Origin: Octopus vulgaris
Taxonomy: Eukaryota
Assembly: GCA_951406725.2 (NCBI GenBank)
Contig: OX597829.1
Coordinates: forward strand, 24,180,001-24,244,000
Length of the DNA stretch: 64,000 bases
Direction of reading: 5' to 3'
The notes under the pieces are model-generated. The model worked only from the letters and a program-made list of their open reading frames with translations, made no database searches and was not told the origin of the DNA. Positions 53,860 to 64,000 of this stretch are shown here, one piece after another (position 1 is the first letter of the stretch; each line of letters starts with the position of its first letter). The position numbers were made by a program, and so were the translations under genes.

Positions 53860-56800
53860 CATTCAATATATCAGATATTCAAAGACTGATATGGGCAGCT
53901 GGCATACAGACTTGAAGAAAGGCTAGAAATGAAAAGTGGCAAAGAAAAGATGATGAAACTGGCTGAACTGAGAAAAGAAGGTTGAATGGTGATACCAACA
54001 GACTCGAGTAGAATAAATGTTTGGTTTCAAAGGCAATTGAAGAATAAGACAGGAGATAAAAGGAGACTAGACAGGCTGTTTGGATTAAAAACTATAGGAT
54101 TCAAGATGAAAATAACGGTGTGTATTAATGTTAATGCAAAGAAGATTAAGAGCTGTATTGCTAGGGAAACTGGATTAAGACGTGTTGCCAAGGAAAAGGA
54201 ATTTGAAGAAAACTGCCTGTTGGTCTCAAAGCAAATATTAGTGTGCATAAAATTATTTGGAGAAAATGGGGACATGTTCCTGCTAAACCTTGAAGTTACC
54301 AGGTTCCAGACTGATATTTGGGAAGTTCTGGACAAGTACAGAAGTGGAGCTGGATGGATTAAAGAAGTTAAGATGAAATTGGAAAAAGCAATTTCAAAAC
54401 AACAAAAGATGTTTTGGAAGGCATCTGGATTTGATTCAAGTGTTCTGGCAGAAGAGCTACTCTCACTTACATGTAAAAATAGCACTGAGTTCTAATGATT
54501 ACTATCTAAAAGTATCCACATGAATGGCTGAGAACAGAACAACTCTCAATATGAAAGATGAGATCAAAAGAACAGTGGTAGGGAACTACCATGCAGGTTT
54601 AAGTTTAAATCTACAGCGGATGCTCTGAGCAAGAATGTTTACAGAGAAACACCTGTTACTAAATGATCTGCTACTTGTGGAGCAAAAGAGGGTGCTGGAA
54701 AGGGCTGTATGTGATAAAAGATCACTTTGAATTAAATACATGTTGCATAGTTGCAAGGGATGTACTGGCCTGAGTATATGGGCCAGTTTTAAAGAAGCCT
54801 ATCCATGGATTTTCAAGTGTTTTTTAATGTTTGTCACTGCTGAAAATGTTATCAATATCACAGCATCTAGCATGCCACATTGGAAGACGAACCTATAGGT
54901 TGCAAAGGAAAGTCTGGGATCCATTAAACTACATTTTCCAAAGAAATTCCTTTTCTTGTCTACTTTTCGCCTTATTATTAATACCATCATCAATGATATT
55001 ATATAAAACTGGAAAATGAACTTGGAAAGGAAGATCCAGAAATTAGCATTTTATTTATGAATGGCATAAACCTGTTTTCTAAGTTAGAAGTCTAAATTGA
55101 TCATCATCATCAGTTAACATCCGTTTTCCATGCTGGTATGGGCTGGACAGTTTGACAGTATCCAACAAATTGGAGGACTGCATTGAGTTCATGTTAGTTT
55201 TGGCATCGTTTCTATGGCTGGATGCCCTTCCTAACACCAGCCACTTTACAGAGTGTACTAGGTGGTTTTTTCATGCTGCTAGTGAGGTTGCCAAATAACT
55301 TCCAATATAGGAAAAAAAATATTAAAGCTCCTTTAGCTGAGTGGGAACATATTTGAGAGAGGGGGAGACAGCTTTATGCCAGGTGCCGAAAGGTTAAATT
55401 ATAATAAAGGACAAGCACAGGTATCTTTCTATAGAGAAGATACATTGTTACCATGTATTAATTAAAGGTGGGTGGGAGGAACTGGAAAAAAGATAAAGAT
55501 GGTAGTATGGGATACCAGAGAGAGAGTAAGTAACATGGTGTGTGCTATATGTGCCAGGATTTTAGAGTGGAGTTTGACATTTCAAGATGTGCAGTAGTTA
55601 ATCAGAAAAGCAGGTAAGAATATGACATGCAATGGTATTCAGCTACCATCTCAGAAGAGAGAATTAGGGGTTTTGAATGCAACTGTTTTAAATATTTGGG
55701 TATCCCAGAATTAGATCAAATTCTAGACAGAATAACGAAGACAATTATGAGAGATACATGTTTAACAAGAATGAAAATTTTATCGTAAAACACTTTAGAT
55801 TCCAGAAATTTAATCACAGCATCAGCAGCTGGGCCATGGTAGTGATGTGCTATAGCACCACCACTCTTAATTGGATTAAGGAAGAGATTGAAAACATTGA
55901 TGGAGATACTGGCAAGTTGATGATAGAGTACAAAGCACTGCACCAAAGCACTGGTATCTTTCAATGGCTTGCTCAGGCAACAAGGGATAATCAACACTGG
56001 AAAATGTGTTGAAAATGAACATAGATCATTAGACCAGTATTTTGCAAGTAACAGTGAACCACTTGCAGAATACTGCAGAATGCAGCAACATAGTTAAAAC
56101 AAAAAAAAATGACTGAGAACAAGAATATCTATAAGGAGAGACAGTGTCATGGCAGAAAACCGAAGTAAATACAAAAGAATGCTCCAGCATAGCCAGTTTG
56201 AAAATAATATATAACACCCAAAAAGCTTAACAGTAATGAGATTGGTTGAGAAAGGGTGAGCTGAAACAGGAAACTGAGAGTCCAACCGAGAACTAAGTGT
56301 TGATACAAACTCTGTAAGAATATTTATGAATATATTTGTAGTGTAATATATGGATTCATAAAATCGTGTGGCGATCACAGAAAGATCCTCTGGCAAAATG
56401 ATTAAATAGAGCACCACTGACTGACATTATTGTGATAGAGAAAGAGATATAGAAGTGCTACATGTAACCATCCTGGACAATCACAACATATCTTGGAAAG
56501 CAGATGAGAAAATTGCTAAGTTTTCAGAAATCCATAAATGTGAAACATTTATAAATGTTTCACTTTCATAAGTGTGAAACATACCAACTGAATAATGTAA
56601 CACACTCACCGGTAAAATTTCCACTTATTTCTTATTTTTATTTTCCTAAAATATTCGTTGCATCTTGCAACCTTTTCAATAATGGACAGAGTCAAAACTA
56701 TTGAAAAGGTTGCAAGATGCAACGAAAATTTTAGGAAAATAAAAATAAGAAATAAGTGGAAATTTTACTGGTGAGTGTGTTAAATTATAAGGCACAAAAA

Positions 56801-57632
56801 GAAAATGACTCTCCCCAGACACAACAGAATATGCTTCAACACACGAACTCATATAAAGAATCTTGCAAACCAAATCCAAAAATTAAATAAGTAACATGTA
56901 CTAATATTATTTAGATCTCTTGGCTCTATTCCCAACATATTTATAACACACATCAAAGAATCAAATATGACATTTAACACTATAACCTTACAAAACTTGG
57001 CACTAAATGGAACTGCCAACAGCCTGTGAAAGGTACTCTCTGTCTGCCTAAGGTCATATGACTTGATGCAGAATACTGAATATGTACTTCACCTTGGAAC
57101 CATGCAAAAAGATTGAATGAACATACACAAATAGCTTAAAAGTGCTAAACTGGAAATAGAGACAGAAGGTCTGACAATCATTGCACAAGATCAGAATCTT
57201 GCACAGATCCTATCAGCATCACACCATCAAGGATGAAACACATCTATAGCGCAAGATCTGTGGAAAATATGAAGAAACCATTAACCACATAGTTTCTGCA
57301 TTCCTGTGTCTATCAATGACCAAAGTCATCTACAGGCATAAGGCAGTGATTTTACTGATGCCGGAAAATATGAGGTATAAAACCAAGTCCACTGAGAAGT
57401 GGTATGAACATTAGCCAAACATAGTCACTGACAATAAGGATGCTACTATCTTTTGGATTTCCCCATTCACCACACTGAGGGAGAAATAAAAACCAACAAG
57501 CCTGACATTCTTATTAAGGATAGGAGATATATAACAATAATTTCAAGAAAAAGGAAAAAAACTTCCAAGTAACCTAGAGAAGTTGACCAAGTACAAAGAC
57601 TCGGAGATCAAAATTAACAAGATGTGGAATGT

Positions 57633-57663
<31 letters not shown>

Positions 57664-58260
57664 CAGCAGCAGCAGAAGCAGTGGCAGCAGCATGTGGGTA
57701 TGCACTGTAACAGTGTGTTGCTGTATCCACCATTTGTTGGTGATTCCCTACTTCTGACAGAAGACACCTTCACACCACTCAAGTGACAATCTTCCAGCCC
57801 ATAGGTCCATTTGGGTAGCCATTGCTAGTGAGAGTTTTACAAGGTCAGAGTGCAAATCCTACCTCATTCTCTTTTAGTTGCCTTTTATTATACACAGAGG
57901 AAATGTTGGATCTATTCTTTGGTATGCCAGTCTCCACACAGCACTTGAGCAAAATGAAATGAAGTGCTTTGCTCAACAACATAATATACCATCCAATCTG
58001 GTGATCATGAATGCAACTGGCTAACTGCTAGGCTATGCACCTAGAATATGAAGGCTGAAATAATACCAGTGGTCATAGGAGTACTAGGGTTCATGAAGGA
58101 TGGAATGGAAAAGTTTAGCCACTATATCCCAGGCAACATCAATATCTATGCAGTTTAGATGATTGCACTGTTTGAAATTTAATTCGCCTAATATTGACCT
58201 CTCCCCTCTTGGTGCTTCAGGACCATAGTTTGGACCTGACAGTACAGGATATAAAACAAG
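53860..58260 (+). mobile_element. Heavily decayed R4/Dong-like non-LTR element(s) interrupted by younger repeats
   Basis: Residual EIETEGLTIIAQDQ, CKICGKYEETINHIVSA, KWYEH, NKPDILIKD, KLTKYKDSEIKINKMW, IIPVVIGVLG; homologous to 27220-28350. Confidence 0.6.
56592..56880. mobile_element. Fold-back element (arms 56592-56681 and 56699-56788, 92-bp tail) with a hammerhead-shaped variant
   Basis: Inverted arms read directly; TTGAAAAG-GTTGC-aagat-GCAAC-GAAA-ATTTTA; direct copy at 9781-9990. Confidence 0.7.
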
Positions 58261-58899
58261 AAGTATAAAAGGAACAACAACAATAACACTAACAACAAAC
58301 TTTTCCTATAAGAAAATTGACAGACAAGAAGACATTACAGAGACAGGTTAGAAGGGTGTGCGTTTGCATGTGTGTGTATGTAGAGTTTACAGAGAAATCA
58401 GATGAGGATTGCCACCCAGGCCCAACCAAGGAGACCCACAAGACAAGTCAAGGATAGCCCAAACTTCCAGATTGAATGATCTTCACACAAAACTTGCTGA
58501 TATCCTGATCTATCTTGGAAGTGATGATAACAGTTCAACAGATGCACATGTCAGTAATACCCAGACATTAGAAGGTACATGCAGAACAGTCAACAAGCAT
58601 TTCAGACAGGTGGTTAAGAACAGATGAAGCTATCACCAAAAAGTCAAGCAGGTGATAAATGTATACAATGCTACCTTTATATATTCAAATACAATATATA
58701 TTTCAAACAAGTTCAGTTGATGGCACTTCTGTGCTTGTAGAGTTTATCTTGAACTGGCAATGCCTTCCAGAAGGGCAGTCAGACCAAAGATTTCTGAAAG
58801 TTATCTTTTGTCTTTGGGTTTAAAGTGCTCAGAAACAGACCAGGTATTTCATTCTTGCCAATACACAAATTTTTGTAAGGAATGTTTGGCATCCTTTGA

Positions 58900-60880
58900 T
58901 GCCACTAGACTTCTATGGAATGCTAATGAAGAAGTTACACTGGTCATTCTATCAGACTAGTAGAGGACTATGAGTGCCTGGCAATATTCCAGATGTTAAG
59001 TACTCAGTTTTAGTCTCTGCTTAATGTAGAACTTTATTTCCATTTAAGAGGTGACTTGCAGAAAAATTATTCACCAACCAGAAATCTCTGAAGATACCAT
59101 GATCTCAATACATGCCAATACATCATCAGCCAAGGCAGAATATTTGCTCCAGTCTTGTCAAAGTATTCTGTTCTTATCCACTGGAAGTCTGGACAACATC
59201 AAATCCTAAGAAACAACCGGTCTATTGGTCAGTGCTCTACTATGGTACTATGGTATGGAATTGCCATTCTATGTGCTGAGATGTAAAGTCAACTAATCTG
59301 CCCAGGTTAATTTGTGCTCCTGTTACTGCTTTATATTCCTTTGGAATGGTTTTGACCACCTTAGCTCCTGTGGAGTCAATCATATTACGGTGACATAATC
59401 AGCAAATGCCAACCTGGCTCTTACATATCACAGTTCAAACAAGATGCATCTTAATACCCTCAGTTTCCATAGCAGTTGTTCAAGAGACAGAACATACAGA
59501 AGGAATGACAAATGGTGTCTTTGATAGAACATGACAATTGATAGGCTTTCATTTAGTCTGACCACCAAAAAGATTCTGCTGTATGTTGAACTGACCCAGT
59601 CTAAATAGCACTAAGGACAGCTGCCAAATAATAATGGTCAACTTAACTGAAACTTTCTAGATTTGTTACTCACCCTCACTATAAAGTCTTATGTGAAGTG
59701 AATGCTGTCATGGATAACTCAAGATTATGCAAAATTGCACTTTCCTGACCATAGTACTGACAAAAAGTGCCAACCCCTTTGCTAGCACCTTAGACAAAAT
59801 CTTTAACTCTGCTGAATGCAATAATAAACTAGATATGATCAATGATGTTCCACTTGCTTAAGCTTTTTCTCAGTAATACTACCAGCCCTCAGCTAATTTC
59901 CCCATCATGTTGCAAGCGGTAGTAAATGTCTGCTAAGACATTAGCAAACAAGCCTGATATATATAGTTTTTAGATCAGATCATTGAAGACAGAATTTTTG
60001 TATAGCTATTTATTACCAACTATATTTCAGTTACTTTTGATATCTTTTCAATTTCCTTTCTTTTGTTGAGAACAATGACCATATCTGTTTCATCACTCAC
60101 CTTGAACAGATGAGCAAAGTCATTTACATCTGCCTGGAATCAAGTAACAAGTCTCTGATCTGGTTCCATCAAAGACTGAAGTGTTGCTTTATTACCAACA
60201 CTAAACCTCTGTTACACAGTTATATTAAACAGCTTCTATCCTTTTATATTTAAGAATATAAATTTTAGTTCAGACAACACAACCTCCATGTTTGACATTG
60301 AAGAAATGACTGAAGTGGAGAGCCTTCTTTCTGCTACACATTAGTAATGATATCTTTCTTAATCCTCTCTTCTAATTTACTCATGAGTTTCTCCTATAAT
60401 TTAATTTTCTCTATTGCTACTTCTTTACTTAGATACTATAAATTCTCTTCTAATCCCATCTTCAAGGAACTCCACTACAAATTGTTAATGATCATCCCTG
60501 TTGACTACAGCCAAACTAATTCACTAAATCAGTTACTGTGGACTTCGTGTCCTAACGAAAATCTGTTCAGCTTCCAGTAATCAGCTCTGTTTATGCAATT
60601 AATCTAGCTCAATCAAGCAGCTCATAAGCTAGAGGACTGTGCAGCCAACCAGTTGAAACTGTGAGCATCCTTCACTCTGTCGACATTACAAAAACTTAAC
60701 TTAAATATATTTTGGATAACTTGAAGCAGTTCTTTCTGTCCACAGTGGTACATTTATGAGATCCAGAAATTGTAGCACAACCGGAACTGTTTGAACAGAT
60801 GTGCTAAGGTTTTAGATTCCACTCTCCTATTAGCTTATCCTACAATACAGTCTCAGCATGCATCTAAAATGCCATTCCAG
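58900..60880 (-). mobile_element. Decayed L1/Tx1-like LINE ORF2
   Basis: Minus-strand remnants DYWKLN and AELKILSKVLA (Tx1-type LLNxDYKILAKVLA); many stops. Confidence 0.5.
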
Positions 60881-61408
60881 TCTTCCACTAGTATTATGAT
60901 TGAGAAATAATAAATTTTTTTTCAAATCTATTTTGGCACACAGCCAGCATTTTGAGAAGAGGCAAGCTAATTACACTGACCCCAGTACTCAACTGGTACT
61001 TATTGTATCATCCCCAAAAGGACATAAAGTTAAGTTGACCATGGCAGAATTTAAACCCAGAATGGTAAAGGTAGAAAAAAATGCCAGCTCACCACCTTTA
61101 ATAATAATAGTATTAATAATAATTTCTTATATTAGATCATTCATTCATTAACAATAATACCAACAATGTCAAATTAAGGGTATTTTATACTGGTACACAA
61201 AATTTGAAGGGGTATAATTGACCAAATCAACCCCAGCAAATAGCTATTTATTGACCATGGATAGATGGATGAAAGGCAAATGTTGATCTTGATAGGATTT
61301 GAACAGAAAATTCCAAAGGATGAAACTACATACTGGTAGTAAATTAGTCCAATATTATTATTATTATTATTATTATGTTATTACTTATTATTATTAATAA
61401 TAATAATG

Positions 61409-61472
<64 letters not shown>

Positions 61473-61538
61473 TAACAATGAAAATGGCAATAACAACAAT
61501 AGGAACAATGACAAAACAACAACAACAACAACAACAAC

Positions 61539-61579
<41 letters not shown>

Positions 61580-61989
61580 ATTACTAATAATAATAATGCT
61601 CAAGCAGAAAAAACGGAGCAAAAGTAACACAAATAAGAGAACAAGAAAACAATTCTAAAGTTTTCTAAAACTCCAAGACAAATAAATTAGAAATATATAG
61701 CAAAAGAATGGCTAAAAAAGAGATTCTGTGATATGTCGTCAAAGAATGTAGACAGAAACGAAAATATGGAAACTTAAAAAGAAAAAAAAAAGAGGAAAAA
61801 AAGGAAACAGGACAAAGAATAGAAAGAATCAGAAGAAAACAAAATACACAACAAAGAAATAAAGAAGAAATGAGCTGAAATGATCAAATGCAATAAAATT
61901 GCCATGACAACAATGCAAAACAAAAAAGACAAGCTGATGAGTAATTAATCCATTAGATATGTTATTACATCTGAAGTGTAAATCCTTAC

Positions 61990-62527
61990 TAAGTCGGAAT
62001 TGACCTGTACAGTTTCCAAGTCAGTTGTCGGAATAGAAGAGGGACCCATCATCATAACCATTCCTGGAACAGCCAAACCTTGCTGACGACTTAAATCTGT
62101 TTGCTGTATTTGATGACTCTGAGAGGTGGCAAGTGGAACTGTTGCTAATGGTTGTTGTTGTTGTTGTTGTGACTGTTGTTGTTGTGATTGTGCTTGTTGT
62201 TGTTGTTGCTGTTGTTGTGATTGTGCTTGTTGTTGTTGTTGTTGTTGCTGTGCTTGTTGTTGCTGTGATTGTGGTTGTTGGACCTGTTTTGCAGGGAGTT
62301 GTTGCTCTCCTTGAGCCTGTTTTGTTTGTTGTGCTTGCTGTTGTTGTTGTTGTTGTTGCTGTGCTTGTTGTTGTTGTTGTTGTTGCTGCTGCTGTGCTTG
62401 TTGTTGCTGTTGCTGTGCTTGTTGTTGTTGTTGTTGTTGTTGTTGTGCTTGCTGTTGCTGTTGTGAAAGCTGTGCTTGTGATGTTGTCTGGTATTGTGTA
62501 TTAGGTGAAGGTTGAGTTTGTACCACT

Positions 62528-62565
<38 letters not shown>

Positions 62566-62752
62566 CTGTTGTTGCTGCTGCTGCTGCTGTGCTTGTACCA
62601 CTTGCACCTGTTGTGGTTGTTGTTGTTGTTGCTGCTGCTGTTGTTGAACTGCTTGAACTTGCTGCAGTGGCTGTTGTTGTGTCTGTACCTGTTGCTGTTG
62701 TTGGACTGATAACTGCTGTTGTTGTTGCTGCTGCTGTTGTTGCTGCTGCTGC

Positions 62753-62793
<41 letters not shown>

Positions 62794-62915
62794 AGGAGGA
62801 GGCTGTGTATGCACCTGTTGATGGGACAGCACACTTGGCACAGCCAATTCATCAAGAGTAGAATGAGGTTTCTCTGTTGTGTCTGCTCCATCACTTGATA
62901 TTCTTAATTGTCCAG
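61990..62915 (-). CDS. Clock: Clock-like gene, large poly-glutamine exon (about 308 codons); upstream bHLH-PAS exons lie beyond the window end
   Basis: Open Q-rich frame (ORF 61945..63024). Acceptor ttctttaaaacttcAG|CT GGA CAA (phase 1); donor TTA|GTAAGG (phase 0), in phase with the next exon. Mixed CAA/CAG codons interrupted by GCA/CCA, as expected for coding poly-Q. Confidence 0.75.
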
Positions 62916-63310
62916 CTGAAGTTTTAAAGAATTTGCAGAAATAATGAGAATTAGACATAGACAGGTATAAAGACAGACAAATAGGCTGATAATCAAAAAA
63001 AAAAAAAAAAGGCAGGTGTGTCACTAGCTCAGGTAAATTTCTGAAATACTAATTTACTTTCTCTCTCTTTCAGGTGTGTTCCTGAAGAACAATAAGCTGA
63101 CTGTATTCAAGTAATAGTTCTTCATATATTCCCATAGCGCATAAAAAATCCATTTGATACCAACCCACGTGAAGCAACCACCACTGGTTCTATGTTACTT
63201 AATAAACCTCTCATTTTAAAATTTTATATTTAAATTGAAAACTTCTGTTACAATTTTATGTTAATTTATGTTTAAAATAATAAATTAATAACATTAAAGT
63301 GGATTGCAAA

Positions 63311-64000
63311 AATAAATCTCTGAACAAGATGTAAACAGTAACCGCTCGACAACGTAAAGTATAATAGCCATCTCAATATGGCTAACCTTAAAGGGTGGGT
63401 GTTACTGTAGCTTTTAGCCCCAGGAGATCATCGTCTCCAGCTCAATTTAGACACGCTTTCTGTGCCCTTATGATATTTGCAAAGGGAGGTCATCCCTCTC
63501 TCGTAAACCTAAGTGATACGCACGGACTGCAGTTTCAAGGTAATTTGCCTCTTGTCAACGTATGGTAATCACCGGTTTTCAATGAAGAGAGACCTGTTTG
63601 CGAATATCTATTTAATGTTTTTCCCAGTAACCACTGTCACTGATTTCGAAAAACTGTCTGAAAGCAATAATAAATCTCTGAACGAGATGTAAACAGTAAC
63701 TGCTCGACAACGTAAAGTATACTAGCCATCTCAGTATGGCTAACCACAAAGGGTGGGTGTTACTGTAGCTTTTAGCCCCAGGAGATCATCGTCTCCAGCT
63801 GGCTTTAGACACACTTTCAAGAGGCAAATTACCTCGAAACTGCAGTCCGTGCGTATCACTTAGGTTTACGAGAGAGGGATGACCTCCCTTTGCAAATATC
63901 ATAAGGGCACAGAAAGTGTGTCTAAAGCCAGCTGTAGACAATGATCTCCTGGGGCTAAAAGCTACAGTAACACCCACCCTTTGCGGTTAGCCATATTGAG
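63311..64000. mobile_element. Tandem 358-bp hammerhead-bearing repeat (retrozyme / pseudo-LTR-like) followed by an inverted copy, in a Clock intron
   Basis: Unit starts aataaatctctgaac at 63311 and again at 63669; inversion at 63819 runs off the window end. Confidence 0.8.
63519..63563 (-). ncRNA. Minimal type I hammerhead, core-mutated (partial partner 63819-63853 plus)
   Basis: AUACG-UUGACAA-GAGG-CAAAUUA-CCU(U/C)-GAAAC-UGCA-GUC^CGUG; helix I UACG/CGUG, stem II GAGG/CCUC, helix III palindrome ACUGCAGU. Confidence 0.65.

Noticed and set aside
62126-62894. Poly-C, poly-V/A, poly-L and poly-N/S ORFs
   Set aside because: Alternative frames and the antisense of the poly-Q exon; only the Q frame has matching splice phases.
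63166-63171. Single CACGTG E-boxes (also near 29047 and 44362)
   Set aside because: Isolated hexamers are expected by chance and at least two lie within repeats.

Overview
AT-rich, microsatellite-dense eukaryotic DNA. The SINE, RTE and microsatellite content looks like a coleoid cephalopod (Octopus-like); this is inferred, not searched. One host gene is visible: the 3' part of a minus-strand Clock-like circadian transcription factor, with 4 phase-compatible exons (a huge poly-Q exon at 62915-61990, 39424-39341, the CLOCK exon-19-type coiled coil at 35447-35270, and a terminal exon at 32179-31953). The rest is mobile DNA: RTE LINEs (one near full length, with a PHD-finger insert inside the RT), decayed R4/Dong-, CR1- and L1/Tx1-like LINEs, two tRNA-SINE families, TTAA MITEs, a solo LTR and a DINE/HINE-like element. 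The most striking signal is a set of about ten unrelated fold-back (inverted-repeat) elements, mostly in (TA)n tracts. They carry intact or decayed minimal type-I hammerhead ribozyme motifs with palindromic helix III. One family is tied to a Penelope-type GIY-YIG endonuclease fragment, one has a tRNA/Pol III head, and one is a tandem 358-bp retrozyme-like repeat. Nearly all ORF-track entries are microsatellite artefacts. All coordinates and folds were read by hand.
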